From contig CBDBZY010000045.1 in NCBI GenBank assembly GCA_965213685.1, positions 1 through 64,000 of the forward strand: a DNA stretch of 64,000 bases, given 5' to 3'. The stretch comes from a bacterium (GTDB lineage Bacteria > UBA8248). Every line of letters starts with the position of its first letter. Positions within the stretch are counted from its first letter, which is position 1. A program made the position numbers and the translations under genes. Shown here one piece after another: positions 1 to 11,302 of this stretch. The notes under the pieces are model-generated. The model did no database searches. It was given only the letters and a program-made list of their open reading frames with translations, and was not told the DNA's origin.

Positions 1-57
1 GTGGTCCAGTAATTTTCAGGTGGGTGGAGTGGAGCCGCCTGTCCGAAGGAGAGCTTC

Positions 58-1608
58 ATGAGGGGTGCGGGTTGGCGGGCGGGTTTGATAGGGATCGTCA
101 TAGCCGCCTCCGCGTTTTATTTGACGCCCCCGGGTGAGCGCATTAACCTCGGCCTCGACTTGCAGGGCGGGATTCACCTGGTTCTCGAGGTGCAGTCGGA
201 AAAAGCGGTGGACGCGAAGATGGGCCGCTATTTCACGGAGTTGAGAAACCGCCTTTCCACAGACGACATACGCACCCGGGACCTCAAGCGCGACGGGCTG
301 CGAATCACCGTGGCGCTTCATCGCGCGTCCGACAGGGTGCGCCTGCTCCGGATGATGCAGAATTATCCGGACCTCGTCCTCGAGAGGGAGGAGGGCGCCC
401 CCCCGAGGTTTGCGTATTTCCTCCCGCAACAACAGGTGGATCAGACGAAGGAGCAGGCCGTCGCGCAGGCACTCGAGACGATCCGCAATCGCATCGATCA
501 GTTTGGCGTGCGCGAACCCACCCTCCAGCGTCAGGGAGAGAGGCGCATCATCATTCAGCTTCCCGGCGTGGAGGACCCTGCGCGGGCGAAGTCCCTGATA
601 GGGAAGACGGCGCTTCTGGAGTTCAAGATGGTGGACAGCGAGGCCAACGCCGCGAGGGCGCAGGAAAGCGGCCGCGCCCCCGAGGGGCTGGAGCTTTTGT
701 ATGAGACGCCCAGGGACAGTCGGACCGGCGAGGTGAACGAGCGGGTTCCCCTGCTGGTGAAAGAAGAGGCCGCCTTGACCGGGGACAACCTCACCGACGC
801 GCGCGTGGAAATCGGGGATCGCTTCAACGAGCCCTACGTGTCCATCGCGTTTGATTCCGTAGGGGCGGATTCGTTTGATCGCCTGACGGCGGCGAACGTG
901 GGCAGGCGCCTCGCCATCGTGCTGGATGGCGTCGTGTACAGCGCGCCCGTCATTCAGGAGCGCATCAGCCAGGGCAGGGCGCAGATAACGGGGAGCTTCA
1001 CGCTGGAGGAGGCGAGGGATTTGGCGATAGCCCTGCGGGCGGGGGCGCTCCCCGCTCCGGTGGAGGTCCTGGAGGAGAGGAACGTCGGGCCGTCGCTGGG
1101 CGCGGACTCCGTGCGCCAGGGTCTGGTGAGCATCATCGTCGGGTTCCTCCTCGTTTTGATATTCATGGCCATCTACTACAAACTGAGCGGCGCCGTGGCC
1201 GTCATGGCGCTCCTGTTGAACCTGCTGATACTCATGGGAGCGCTCGGCTTCTTCGGCGCCACGCTCACCCTGCCGGGAATCGCCGGCATCGTCCTGACGG
1301 TGGGCATGGCGGTGGACGCCAACGTTCTCGTTTTCGAGCGCATCCGCGAGGAGTTGCGCCTGGGGAAAACCATTCGCTCCGCGATTGATTCGGGATACGG
1401 GAAGGCCTTCCTCACGATTCTGGACGCGAACGTGACCACGCTCATCGCCGCGCTGGTGCTCCTGCAATTCGGGACGGGGCCGATCAAGGGATTTGCCGTC
1501 ACCCTCAGCATCGGCATCGTGGCGAGCATGTTCACCGCCATTTTCGTCACCCGATTCGTGTATGATTTCTTCCTGTCCCGAACTGACGCGAGGAGTTTGA
1601 GCATATAA
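58..1608 (+). CDS. secD: Protein translocase subunit SecD
   Basis: INLGLDLQGG, IRNRIDQFGVREP, LRAGALP, VGPSLG, GMAVDANVLVFERIREE motifs. Confidence 0.97.
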   Translation: MRGAGWRAGLIGIVIAASAFYLTPPGERINLGLDLQGGIHLVLEVQSEKAVDAKMGRYFTELRNRLSTDDIRTRDLKRDGLRITVALHRASDRVRLLRMMQNYPDLVLEREEGAPPRFAYFLPQQQVDQTKEQAVAQALETIRNRIDQFGVREPTLQRQGERRIIIQLPGVEDPARAKSLIGKTALLEFKMVDSEANAARAQESGRAPEGLELLYETPRDSRTGEVNERVPLLVKEEAALTGDNLTDARVEIGDRFNEPYVSIAFDSVGADSFDRLTAANVGRRLAIVLDGVVYSAPVIQERISQGRAQITGSFTLEEARDLAIALRAGALPAPVEVLEERNVGPSLGADSVRQGLVSIIVGFLLVLIFMAIYYKLSGAVAVMALLLNLLILMGALGFFGATLTLPGIAGIVLTVGMAVDANVLVFERIREELRLGKTIRSAIDSGYGKAFLTILDANVTTLIAALVLLQFGTGPIKGFAVTLSIGIVASMFTAIFVTRFVYDFFLSRTDARSLSI

Positions 1609-2540
1609 TGGAGATCATCCGGCCCGGCGCGTCATTCGACATCATTGGCAAGATCAGGATATTCGTCGGCGTCTCGAGTGCGGTTGTCGCCATATCCCTC
1701 CTCCTTCTTCTCTTCAAAGGGATCAACTACGGCATCGATTTCACCGGAGGCACCCTGGTGCAGGCGCAGTTCAAGACGGCCAGGCCGATTGGAGAGATAC
1801 GCAAGGCCGTCTCCGCACTCTCCCTGGGCGATACCGTCATTCAGAATTTTGGCTCGGACAGGGAATTCCTGATTCGCGTGGAGAGGAGTTCGGGCGACAT
1901 CAAGGGCGTTGAATCCGTGGTAAAAGACGCGCTCGTGAAGCAGTTCGGCAAAGGGGCGTTTCTGATGCGGCGCACCGAGATGGTGGGGCCGAAAGTCGGT
2001 GCGGACTTGCGCCAGAAGGCGCTCAGCAGCATGGTGTTCGCCCTCATCGGCATCTTGGCGTACGTCAGTTTTCGCTTCCAGTTTCGCCAGGCGGTCGCGT
2101 CCGTCGTGGCCCTGCTGCACGACGTCGTCATCACCCTTGGCGTTTTTTCCTTATCCGGCAAGGAGTTCTCCCTCCCGATAGTCGCGGCACTTCTCACGAT
2201 CGTCGGCTATTCGCTGAATGACACCATCGTCGTGTTCGACCGCATTCGGGAGAATACGCGCGCCTCGAGGCGCACCGAGCTTCCCGCGCTCGTCAATCGC
2301 TCCATCAATCAGACCCTCTCTCGCACGCTGCTCACCTCCGGGACGACCTTCGTCGCTGTCATGGCGTTCCTGTTTCTGGGGGGCGACGTGATTTCCGACG
2401 TGGCGTTCGCTCTGGCGGTCGGCATCGTGGCGGGCACGTACTCCTCCATATACGTGGCCAGCCCGATTCTTCTGGCGTGGCCGGAAGCGGCGCGCGGAGG
2501 CTCCAGAAGACGGAAGAAAGGCTCCGCAGCCAAGGCCTGA
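1608..2540 (+). CDS. secF: Protein translocase subunit SecF
   Basis: GIDFTGGT, VGPKVG, HDVVIT, GYSLNDTIVVFDRIRE; coupled to secD. Confidence 0.97.
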   Translation: MEIIRPGASFDIIGKIRIFVGVSSAVVAISLLLLLFKGINYGIDFTGGTLVQAQFKTARPIGEIRKAVSALSLGDTVIQNFGSDREFLIRVERSSGDIKGVESVVKDALVKQFGKGAFLMRRTEMVGPKVGADLRQKALSSMVFALIGILAYVSFRFQFRQAVASVVALLHDVVITLGVFSLSGKEFSLPIVAALLTIVGYSLNDTIVVFDRIRENTRASRRTELPALVNRSINQTLSRTLLTSGTTFVAVMAFLFLGGDVISDVAFALAVGIVAGTYSSIYVASPILLAWPEAARGGSRRRKKGSAAKA

Positions 2541-2702
2541 AGCCTCGCCCGGGCGGGCGCGTTCGGCTCCGTGGACGGAAAAAAGGCCCCCGCCCCCCGG
2601 TGAGAGGCGGGTGCGCGGTGCTCCGGCGGGGTCATGTCACCCCCGCGCGGGAATCCCGCCCGCTTCCGAGAAGAAAATTCTCCATCGTTTCAGGGGCGGC
2701 GG

Positions 2703-2815
2703 CGGACAGTCCTCACCGAGAGGTTTTTGGGGTGGGCCTCTGGTGGAGGGAGCGGAAGCCCTCCGTGGCGACCACGCCTCGGACAGTCCTCATCGAGAAG
2801 TTGTTGGGGTGGGCC
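2703..2815. repeat. 36-bp direct repeat, two copies (2703-2738, 2780-2815), 41-bp spacer
   Basis: cggacagtcctcaYcgagaRgttKttggggtgggcc, 3 mismatches; second copy overlaps the argG stop. Confidence 0.8.
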
Positions 2816-4028
2816 GGGCTTCCTTTCGTTGCGCGCGTATCCGCAGCCGCAGAGCGTTCAGGCGAATGAACCCTTCCGCGTCCTTTTGGGAATACACCGC
2901 ATCCTCTTCAAAAGTGGCGAGCTCCGGACGATACAGCGTCCTGCTCTCCGGCGCTTTTCTCCCCACGACGCAGCAAGCCCCTTTGTAGAGCTTCACCCTG
3001 GCGACGCCGCAGACCGATTGCGACGCCAGGTCTATGGCGGATTGCAGGAATTCGCGCTCCGGCGCAAACCAGAAGCCGTTGTAGACGAGCTGCGCGTATT
3101 TGGGGATGAGGGAGTCGCGCAATTGCATGACCTCCCGATCCATCGTGAGGGATTCCACGGCGCGCCGCGCCGCGTGCAGAACCGTGCCCGCTGGCGTTTC
3201 ATACACCCCTCTGCTCTTCATGCCCACAAAGCGGTTTTCCACCAAATCCACCCGGCCCACGCCGTGGGCGCCCGCCAGGGCGTTGAGTCGCTCCATCAAG
3301 GCGACCGGCGGGAGGCTCGCCCCGTTCAGCGCCACGGGGTCTCCCCCGTCGAATTCGACCTCCACGTATTCGGGCGCCTCGGGCGCTTTCTCTGGCGATG
3401 CGCTGAGGACATACATATCCTCCGGCGGCTCCGCCCACGGGTCCTCCAGGATTCCCCCCTCGAAGCTGATGTGGAGAAGGTTTCTGTCCATGGAGTATGG
3501 CTTTTCCGCCGTGACGGGTATCGGGATGCCGTGCCGTTCGGCGTAGGCGATGAGCTGGGAGCGCCCCCCGAAGTCCCAGTCGCGCCAGGGCGCGATGATG
3601 GCGACCTCCGGGTCGATGGAGGCATACGCCAACTCAAAGCGGACCTGGTCGTTTCCCTTGCCCGTCGCGCCGTGGGCGACGGCGTCGGCTCCCGTCTTGT
3701 GGAGAACGTCCATATGGCCTTTGGCGATGAGGGGCCTGGCGATGGACGTCCCCAGCAAATACGCACCCTCATACACGGCACCAGCGCGGAGCATGGGGAA
3801 GATGTAATCGCGCGCGAACTCCTCGCGCAGATCCAGAATATGGCAAGACTCGGCGCCCGTGGCCAACGCCTTCTCCTCCAGACCATCGAGCTCGCCGGCG
3901 CCCTGCCCGACATCCGCCGCGTAGGCCACGACAGGGCAATCATACCTCTCTTGAATCCACTGGAGCATGACGGAGGTGTCCAGCCCGCCGGAGTAGGCGA
4001 GGACCACCTTATTTGGCCTGGGCGTCAT
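2790..4028 (-). CDS. argG: Argininosuccinate synthase
   Basis: [37 protein letters not shown]. Confidence 0.98.
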   Translation of the reverse strand: MTPRPNKVVLAYSGGLDTSVMLQWIQERYDCPVVAYAADVGQGAGELDGLEEKALATGAESCHILDLREEFARDYIFPMLRAGAVYEGAYLLGTSIARPLIAKGHMDVLHKTGADAVAHGATGKGNDQVRFELAYASIDPEVAIIAPWRDWDFGGRSQLIAYAERHGIPIPVTAEKPYSMDRNLLHISFEGGILEDPWAEPPEDMYVLSASPEKAPEAPEYVEVEFDGGDPVALNGASLPPVALMERLNALAGAHGVGRVDLVENRFVGMKSRGVYETPAGTVLHAARRAVESLTMDREVMQLRDSLIPKYAQLVYNGFWFAPEREFLQSAIDLASQSVCGVARVKLYKGACCVVGRKAPESRTLYRPELATFEEDAVYSQKDAEGFIRLNALRLRIRAQRKEARPTPTTSR

Positions 4029-4956
4029 CTCTTCCTCCCGCGAGGACTTGAAGGAGAACCTTCTGGGCGTGGAGCCGATTCCCGGCTTGCGTGAAAACGA
4101 CGCTCCGGGGGCCGTCGATAACGTCTTTCGTCACCTCTTCTCCCCTGTGAGCGGGCAGGCAGTGCATGAAGATGGCCTCTTTGCGCGTATAGCGAAACAA
4201 TTTTTCATTCACCTGATAGGGTGCCAGTATTCTCTGGCGGCGTTCGTTCTCGTCTTCCTGTCCCATCGAAGTCCATACGTCCGCATAAACGGCGTCGGCC
4301 CCCGCGCACGCTTCTTCCACGCTCTCCGTGATCTCGATTTTTGCGTTGGATTTTTGCGCGAGCCTCCGGGCGCGCTCCAGGATGCGGGAATCCGGCCAAT
4401 AGTCTTCGGGACACGCTGCGCTGATGCGGGCTCCGATGAGCGCGCCCAGGATCAGCAGGGAGTGCAGCACGTTGTTGCCGTCGCCCAGGTAGGTGAGTTT
4501 CAGGTTCTCCAGCGTGCCGTAGTGCTCCCGCAGCGTGAGGAAATCGGCAAGCGCCTGGCATGGGTGGTGCATGTCCGTCAGGCCGTTGATGACGGGGACG
4601 CTGGCGTTGGAGGCGATTTCCTCCACGCGCGCGTGTTCGTATGTTCTGACGATGATGCCATCCACATACTCGCTCAGCACCCGGGCGCTGTCCGCCGGCG
4701 ATTCTCCCCGGGCGATTTGCGTGTCCCCCGTCGACAGGAAAATCGCGTTGGCGCCCAGTTGAGAGAGGCCCGCCTCGAAGGAAACCCTCGTCCTGGTGGA
4801 GTGCTTCTCGAAAATGAGCGCGAAATTCTTTCCCGCCAGGGCGGGGCGAAGTTTCCCCCGGGCCGCTTCCTTTTTCCCGACGAGGGCTTCTTCGATGAGA
4901 TGGCGCGTCTCGTCCGCCGTCAGTTCATCGCCGATGAGATAGTCAATCTTGTTCAC
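4009..4956 (-). CDS. argF: Ornithine carbamoyltransferase
   Basis: [29 protein letters not shown]; GTG start. Confidence 0.97.
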   Translation of the reverse strand: MNKIDYLIGDELTADETRHLIEEALVGKKEAARGKLRPALAGKNFALIFEKHSTRTRVSFEAGLSQLGANAIFLSTGDTQIARGESPADSARVLSEYVDGIIVRTYEHARVEEIASNASVPVINGLTDMHHPCQALADFLTLREHYGTLENLKLTYLGDGNNVLHSLLILGALIGARISAACPEDYWPDSRILERARRLAQKSNAKIEITESVEEACAGADAVYADVWTSMGQEDENERRQRILAPYQVNEKLFRYTRKEAIFMHCLPAHRGEEVTKDVIDGPRSVVFTQAGNRLHAQKVLLQVLAGGRDDAQAK

Positions 4957-6147
4957 TTGGCCAAATCCGCGAGGGCTTCATCCAGAAAACCCATCAACTT
5001 GTCGATCATCTCTTTTTCCACGATCAGGGGCGGGATGAGGCGAATGACCTTCTGGACGGCCACGTTGAGCAAAAAAACCGGCTTCCAGCCCCTTGGCGAC
5101 GATGGGCGTGGCGTCCGCGTCCACCTCGCAGCCGAGGATCAGGCCTTTGCCCCGGATATCCCGGATGATGGCGTGGCGCGCGGCCAAATCCTCGAGGGCG
5201 GCGGTGGCGTATGCGCCCATCTGTTCTACGTGCTCGAGGAACCCGGGCGCCGTGATGGCGTCCACCGCTGCGCATCCCGCTGCGGTGGCCAGGGGGTTGC
5301 CCCCGAACGTCGCCGCGTGGTCTCCGGGCTCGAACGCCATGGCCTTGTCCGAGGCGACCAGCGCGCCGATGGCGGCCCCTCCCGCCAGTGCCTTGGCCAG
5401 ACTCATGGCGTCCGGCTCCACGCCCTCGTGTTCGTGTGCCCAGAGCCTTCCCGTCCTCCCCAGCCCGACCTGCACTTCGTCAAAGAGCAGGAGCAGGTCG
5501 TTCGCGTCGCATATCTCGCGCAGCCCCCGCAGATAGCCCTCGGGCGGCACGTTGACCCCCCCCTCGCCCTGTATGGGCTCGACCAGGATGGCGCAGGTCT
5601 TCTCCGTGACCGCACCGGCCGCGGACTCCAGGTCGCCAAAGGGCAAATACCGGAAGCCGGGTAGCAGCGGCTTGAACGCCCCGTGAAATTTCGTTTGGCC
5701 CGTCGCGGTGAGGGAAGCCATGGTGCGGCCGTGAAAACTCATGTCGAAACTGAGTATTTCATGACGGCCGTCCCCGTATTTTTGGTGGGAGTATTTCCTG
5801 GCGAGTTTCAGGGCCGCTTCGACGGCCTCCGTTCCGCTGTTGCAGAAAAACGCCTTCTCGCCGAAAGAGAGCCGGTTGAGTCTTTTCGCCAACTCGATTT
5901 GGGGCGCGATGTGGTAAAGGTTCGAGACGTGCATCAGTTTTCCGGCCTGCTCCCGTATGGCGGCCACGACGTCCGGGTGGCAGTGTCCGAGGTTGCATAC
6001 CGCGAGGCCGGACACGAAATCCAGATACTCCTTCCCGTCCGCATCCCAGACGCGGCAGCCCTCGCCGCGGGTCAGAGCGATGGGATAGCGCCCGTATGTG
6101 GGGGCCACGTGTCGTTCGGCATCCGCGATCAGTGTGGAGTTGTCCAT
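4953..6147 (-). CDS. argD: Acetylornithine aminotransferase, apparent +1 frameshift at the A7 run 5071-5077
   Basis: FHGRT, EPIQGEGG, DEVQVGLGRTG, TFGGNPLA; removing one base restores C-terminal LLNVAVQKVIRLIPPL..LAK* ending at 4953 on the argF start. Confidence 0.92.
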
Positions 6148-6170
6148 GTTTTTCCTCTGGAGTCGGAGGA

Positions 6171-7046
6171 CTAGGTGAGGAGTTGCGTGCCCACGCCCTC
6201 TTTCGTGAATATCTCCAGCAAAACGGCATGGGGAACCCTGCCGTCCACGATGTGGGTTTTCGTGACGCCGGATGAGAGCGCAGCCAGGCAGGCGTCCACC
6301 TTGGGAATCATTCCGCCGCTGAGCACGCCGGCGTCTCTCAGCTTTTGGGCCTCCCCGCGCTGAAGGGTGCTGATGAGTTTCCGATCTGCTCCCAGAACGC
6401 CGGGCACGTCCGTGAGGAGGATGAATTTTTCCGCGCGAAGCGCCCCTGCGATGGCACCCGCCGCCGAGTCGGCGTTGATGTTGTAGACGTTGCCGTCTTC
6501 TCCCACGCCCAGGGGAGCGATGACGGGGATGAACCCGCCCGCGGTGAGGTGATGGATGATCGCGGGCTGTATGGCCAGGACTTCGCCGACGCGCCCCAGG
6601 TCATATTCCGTATCCCGTCCGTCTGCGCTTTTTCTGCTCATCGTCAGCTTGCGCGCCCTGGTGAGGCCGGCGTCCGAGCCGGAAAGACCCACGGCGTTTC
6701 CCCCGTGCTGGTTGATGAGCCGGACGATGCCCTTGTTCGTGGAGCCGGAGAGCACCATCTCCACGATGCCGACGGTCTCCTCGTCCGTTACCCGGAGGCC
6801 TTCGATGAACTCGCTGGTTTTGCCGATTTTCTGGAGGGTCTCCCCAATCTGCGGGCCTCCCCCGTGGACGACGACCACGTTGATCCCCACGTACTTGAGG
6901 AGCACGATATCCTGGGCGAACGGGGCGTGGAGCTCCGGTTGCACCTGGGCGGCGCCGCCGTATTTGATGACAATAGTCTTTCCCGCGAACTCCTGGATGT
7001 AGGGCAGCGCCTCTACCAGCGTCGCCGCCCTGTCTTTCGCTTCCAT
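6171..7046 (-). CDS. argB: Acetylglutamate kinase
   Basis: IKYGG, VHGGGPQI, GLRVTD, YNINAD, GGMIPK. Confidence 0.97.
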   Translation of the reverse strand: MEAKDRAATLVEALPYIQEFAGKTIVIKYGGAAQVQPELHAPFAQDIVLLKYVGINVVVVHGGGPQIGETLQKIGKTSEFIEGLRVTDEETVGIVEMVLSGSTNKGIVRLINQHGGNAVGLSGSDAGLTRARKLTMSRKSADGRDTEYDLGRVGEVLAIQPAIIHHLTAGGFIPVIAPLGVGEDGNVYNINADSAAGAIAGALRAEKFILLTDVPGVLGADRKLISTLQRGEAQKLRDAGVLSGGMIPKVDACLAALSSGVTKTHIVDGRVPHAVLLEIFTKEGVGTQLLT

Positions 7047-7148
7047 CTGTGCGCCTTCCGAAACAGTGGGCATCATCCGGGTTTTTCGTCATAAGGCGAG
7101 AAATATACACCCCCCGGCGGAGCGAGGCCAACGGGGGAGGGGCAGGAT

Positions 7149-8510
7149 TTACAGAATGTAGCGGCTGAGGTCGAGGTCTGCGGCGATGTCGGCGAGGCGG
7201 TCGCGCACATAGGCCGCGTTGATGTCCATGCTGTGGCCCGACAGCTCCGGTGCATCGAAAGAGATGTCCTCCAGCAGCCGCTCCATGATGGTGTGGAGCC
7301 TTCTGGCGCCGATGTTCTCGGTCTGCTCGTTTATCCGGCAGGCGAAGTCCGCCACCGCTTCCACGGCGTCCTTCTCGAAGCGGATGGTGACCCCCTCCGT
7401 CGCGAGAAGTGCCGGGTATTGCCGCACCAGCGCGTTTTCCGGCTCCTGCAGTATGCGGATGAAATCATCGCGGTCCAGAGGGTTCAGCTCCACGCGAATG
7501 GGAAATCGTCCCTGCAGCTCGGGCAGAAGGTCGGACGGCTTGGCGATGTGGAACGCTCCGGCCGCGATGAACAGGATGTGGTCCGTTTTTACGGGGCCAT
7601 GCTTGGTTTGAACGGTGGAGCCCTCCACGATCGGAAGAAGGTCGCGCTGGACGCCCTCGCGCGAGACGTCGGGGCCGCTTCCCCCGTTGCTTTGAGAGGC
7701 GACCTTGTCGATCTCATCGAGAAAGACGATGCCGGATTGTTCCGTCCGCTCGATGGCCTCGGCGTTGAGGCTGTCCGCGTCGATGAGCTTGTCCGCCTCC
7801 TCCTCGGCCAGAAACGCGAAGGCCTCCGGCACTTTCATTCGCCTGGTCCTGGAGCCCTGGGGCATGAAATTTCCCATGATTTCCTTCATGTTGAGGCCGA
7901 TTTGCTCCAGGTCGCTCCCGCCCATGAAGTGAATCTCGGGCCCCTTGTCCGCCACTTCTATTTCCACTTCCCTCTCGTCGAGCTTTCCCTCGATCAGCAG
8001 GGCGCGAAACTTCTCCCGCGTCCGGTGGTAGCTTTCCTCGCCGAGCGGGTCCTTCGACTGTCCCCGGTCGTCCATGGCGCCGAACCCCGGGGGCTGCGGC
8101 AAAAGCAGGTCCAGAAGGCGCTCCTCGGCCAACTCCTGTCCCTTGCTCCTGTTGACGCCGCGCTGTTCTTCCTGAACCATGTTGCGGGCCAGTTCGACGA
8201 GGTCCCGAATCATGCTCTCCACATCCCGCCCGACATAGCCCACCTCGGTGAATTTGCTGGCTTCGACCTTGATGAACGGGCTTTTCGCGAGCTTGGCGAG
8301 GCGCCTGGCGATCTCGGTTTTCCCCACGCCGGTGGGGCCTATCATGATGATGTTCTTGGGCGCGACGTCCTCCGCCATCTCCGGGGGCAGTTGCTGTCTG
8401 CGCCAGCGGTTTCTCAGCGCGATAGCCACCGCTCTTTTGGCGTCTTGCTGGCCGATGACGTAGCGGTCGAGTTCCTCGACGATTCGCGCGGGCGTCAGGT
8501 TTTCCATCAC
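7149..8510 (-). CDS. hslU: ATP-dependent protease ATPase subunit HslU
   Basis: [41 protein letters not shown]-terminus. Confidence 0.98.
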   Translation of the reverse strand: MMENLTPARIVEELDRYVIGQQDAKRAVAIALRNRWRRQQLPPEMAEDVAPKNIIMIGPTGVGKTEIARRLAKLAKSPFIKVEASKFTEVGYVGRDVESMIRDLVELARNMVQEEQRGVNRSKGQELAEERLLDLLLPQPPGFGAMDDRGQSKDPLGEESYHRTREKFRALLIEGKLDEREVEIEVADKGPEIHFMGGSDLEQIGLNMKEIMGNFMPQGSRTRRMKVPEAFAFLAEEEADKLIDADSLNAEAIERTEQSGIVFLDEIDKVASQSNGGSGPDVSREGVQRDLLPIVEGSTVQTKHGPVKTDHILFIAAGAFHIAKPSDLLPELQGRFPIRVELNPLDRDDFIRILQEPENALVRQYPALLATEGVTIRFEKDAVEAVADFACRINEQTENIGARRLHTIMERLLEDISFDAPELSGHSMDINAAYVRDRLADIAADLDLSRYIL

Positions 8511-9058
8511 GAAAGCGTTTCCACGGAAATGTTCTTGTTGGTGTAGACGCAGATGTCCGCCGCGATTTCGAGGGATTGCCGGACGATTGTCGCGGCGCTC
8601 AGCTCGGGCTTCAAGCGCAGCGCGGCGCGGGCCGCGGCGATGGCCATCGGCCCGCCGCTGCCGATTCCGACCACTCCGTCGTCGGGCTCGATGATGTCGC
8701 CCGTCCCCGAGAGGATGAGAGAGGTTTGTGCGTCCGCCACCGCCAGAAGCGCCTCCAGACGGCGCAACACCCTGTCCGTTCTCCAGTCCTTGCCCATCTC
8801 CACGGCGGCGCGCGACAGATTTCCCCGGTATTCCTCGAGCTTCCCCTCGAACCGCTCGAACAGGGAGATGGCGTCCGAGGCGGAACCGGCGAAGCCTGCG
8901 AGCACCTTTCCGTCGCCGAGCCTGCGAACCTTCACGGCCCCGTGCTTGACCGCCGCCTCCCCCATGGTGACCTGGCCGTCCCCGCCCAGGGCCGTCTGTC
9001 CCCTGTAGCGCAGCCCCAGGATGGTGGTGGAGCGAATCATCTCACCTGGCGTCGTCAT
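8507..9058 (-). CDS. hslV: ATP-dependent protease subunit HslV
   Basis: STTIL N-terminal Thr nucleophile, [29 protein letters not shown]. Confidence 0.97.
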   Translation of the reverse strand: MTTPGEMIRSTTILGLRYRGQTALGGDGQVTMGEAAVKHGAVKVRRLGDGKVLAGFAGSASDAISLFERFEGKLEEYRGNLSRAAVEMGKDWRTDRVLRRLEALLAVADAQTSLILSGTGDIIEPDDGVVGIGSGGPMAIAAARAALRLKPELSAATIVRQSLEIAADICVYTNKNISVETLS

Positions 9059-10001
9059 CGCTCATCCTTGTTCTCGTCCCCGTCTTCGCCCTGGGGTGCG
9101 CGTCGTCGTATACGGCGCGCAGATGGGAGAAATCCACCTGCGTATATCTTTGCGTCGTGGATAGGCTCGCATGCCCCAGCAGCTCCTGAATGGAGCGCAG
9201 GTCGGCCTCCTTGCTCTCCAGCAGATGCGTGGCCGCCGTGTGGCGCAGGGAATGCGGGGTGAAATGATAGCCGAACCCCCCCGTTTTTTCATACTTGCGG
9301 AAGATGGAGCGCACGAAGGCCGGGGAGATTCTGCTGCCTTGCGCGTTGGCGAAAAGGGGAGTGCTCTCGTCCGGGTCCCGTTCCGTTTGCGCCTGATGGC
9401 CCAGGACGGCCTTGGCTGCCTCTTTCGTGATGGGAACGATTCGCTCCTTTCTCCCCTTTCCGCGAACGCGGATGAGCCGCTCCCGCACGTTCAAATCCCC
9501 ATGGTTCAGCCCCGTCAATTCGCTGACCCGCAGGCCCGATCCGTACAGTATCTCGAAAATCGCCTTGTCCCGGACGCCTTCGGGGGTCGTCGTGTCCGGC
9601 ATTTCCATGAGGCGAACGGCGTCGTCCACGGGCAGAAATGTCGGCAAGGGCCGTTTTTCCTTGGGAGAGGGCACCTCCCCCGCCGGGTCGGCGAGGGGGC
9701 ATCCCTCCAGTCGCAGGAAGCGAAACAGGCTTCGAATGCTCGAGAGGTGCCGGTTCACGGTCGTTGGGGAGGCGCCTCTGCGGTAGAGAAATCCGAGATA
9801 GCCGCGAACGGCCAGGGAGTCGATTTGATCCGGCCGAACCGGCCCCTGTGCCCAGTCGGCGAGAAACGCGTCGAAACTGCGCAGGTCCGCCGCGTACGCG
9901 CGAATCGTGTGCTCTGAGCTGTCGCGCTCGTCGCGCAGATGCGCCGCAAACCATTCCCGAGCCTCGCTCAGGCTGTGGGGGAGGCGAGTTTGTTTCGCCA
10001 T
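9042..10001 (-). CDS. xerC: Tyrosine recombinase XerC
   Basis: [32 protein letters not shown]; trmFO-xerC-hslVU context. Confidence 0.9.
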   Translation of the reverse strand: MAKQTRLPHSLSEAREWFAAHLRDERDSSEHTIRAYAADLRSFDAFLADWAQGPVRPDQIDSLAVRGYLGFLYRRGASPTTVNRHLSSIRSLFRFLRLEGCPLADPAGEVPSPKEKRPLPTFLPVDDAVRLMEMPDTTTPEGVRDKAIFEILYGSGLRVSELTGLNHGDLNVRERLIRVRGKGRKERIVPITKEAAKAVLGHQAQTERDPDESTPLFANAQGSRISPAFVRSIFRKYEKTGGFGYHFTPHSLRHTAATHLLESKEADLRSIQELLGHASLSTTQRYTQVDFSHLRAVYDDAHPRAKTGTRTRMSDDDAR

Positions 10002-11302
10002 TGCTCCATATCCCTGACGGCGCGGTGGATGACGTGTTTTTTCCGGTATTTTTTGGGGAGGCGCTTCTCCAGGGGCGGGAAGAGGCCGAAGTTGATGTTC
10101 ATGGGCTGGAAGTTTTTCGGGTTGGCTTCGACGACGTATCGGTTCAGCGCGCCGAGGGCCGTCGTCGGGGGAGGGGGAAGGGGGGATTCCCCCTCGATGA
10201 TGGCGGCCGCGTGGATTCCCGCGAGAAGGCCGATGGCGGCCGACTCGAGGTAGCCCTCGACGCCGGTGAGCTGGCCCGCCACGAAAATGTTCGGGTGCCG
10301 CTTGAGCTGCAAGGTGATCCGCAGCAGGCGCGGCGCGTTGATGTAGGTGTTGCGGTGCAGGCTTCCGTAGCGCAGGAAGCGCGCGTCTTGCAACGCCGGG
10401 AGGGTGGAGAATACGCGCTTTTGCTCCGGGTAGCGCAGCCGTGTCTGAAAGCCCACCATGGAGAAGTAATCTCCCGTCAAATCCTCGCGCCTCAGCTGCG
10501 CGACCGCAGCATATGTTTCTCCCGTCTCCGGATGCTCCAGCCCCACCGGCTTCATGGGACCAAAGGCCAGCGTGTCCTTTCCGCGCGCTGCCATCTCCTC
10601 GAGAGGGAGACATCCCTCGAAATAGATCGCGCGTTCGAATTCACGAAGGGGGATTTTCTCGGCGGCGAGGAGGTCCTGGACGAATTGATAGTACTGCGAC
10701 TCGTTCAGTCCCAGGTTGAGATAGTCTCCCTCGCCGCCCTCTTCGATGCCCTTTCCGTAGCGCGATCCCATGAACGCCACCGACATGTCGACGCTGTCCG
10801 CGTGAAGAATGGGGGAGATGGCGTCGTAGAAATACAGATATTTCCCCTGCGTCAGGCGGGCGATTTCGGCGGAGAGCGCGTCGCTCGTCAATGGGCCGGT
10901 GGCGACGATGGTGGGAGCGCCGTCATCCAAATCCCTGACTTCCTCCCGATGCACGGTGATTCGCGCGTCGTTCTCCAGCGTCTGCGTGATCGATTTGCTG
11001 AACGATGCGCGATCCACGGCCAGTGCCATGCCGGCGGGAACCCGGCAGGAGTCGGCGCTTCGCAGGATGAGGGAATCGAGGTTTCGCATTTCCTCCTTCA
11101 GCAGTCCCGATGCGTTTTCCGGAGAGTTGGAGCGCAGGGAGTTCGAGCAGACGAGTTCCGCCAGGTCGCTGGTTTCATGGGCGGGCGTTTTGACGCGGGG
11201 ACGCATTTCGTAGAGGTCGACCGCAACGCCTCGCCGCGCCGCCTGCCAGGCGGCTTCACAGCCGGCGAGGCCGCCGCCGATTATCCGCAGCTTCTGGCTC
11301 AA
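9968..11302 (-). CDS. trmFO: Methylenetetrahydrofolate--tRNA-(uracil-5)-methyltransferase TrmFO
   Basis: IIGGGLAGCEAAWQ, ELVCSNSL, FYDAISPI, GQLTGVEGYLES, FQPMNINFGL; TTG start overlaps topA stop. Confidence 0.96.
   Translation of the reverse strand: MSQKLRIIGGGLAGCEAAWQAARRGVAVDLYEMRPRVKTPAHETSDLAELVCSNSLRSNSPENASGLLKEEMRNLDSLILRSADSCRVPAGMALAVDRASFSKSITQTLENDARITVHREEVRDLDDGAPTIVATGPLTSDALSAEIARLTQGKYLYFYDAISPILHADSVDMSVAFMGSRYGKGIEEGGEGDYLNLGLNESQYYQFVQDLLAAEKIPLREFERAIYFEGCLPLEEMAARGKDTLAFGPMKPVGLEHPETGETYAAVAQLRREDLTGDYFSMVGFQTRLRYPEQKRVFSTLPALQDARFLRYGSLHRNTYINAPRLLRITLQLKRHPNIFVAGQLTGVEGYLESAAIGLLAGIHAAAIIEGESPLPPPPTTALGALNRYVVEANPKNFQPMNINFGLFPPLEKRLPKKYRKKHVIHRAVRDMEQWRNKLASPTA

Noticed and set aside
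1-12. 3' end of yajC before secD
   Set aside because: Plausible from context, but only three codons and a stop are visible.
2703-2815. CRISPR array
   Set aside because: Only two imperfect repeats, one overlapping a CDS end; no leader or cas genes.
9042-10001. Phage or island integrase
   Set aside because: Sits in the conserved topA-trmFO-xerC-hslVU context, so it is the housekeeping XerC.
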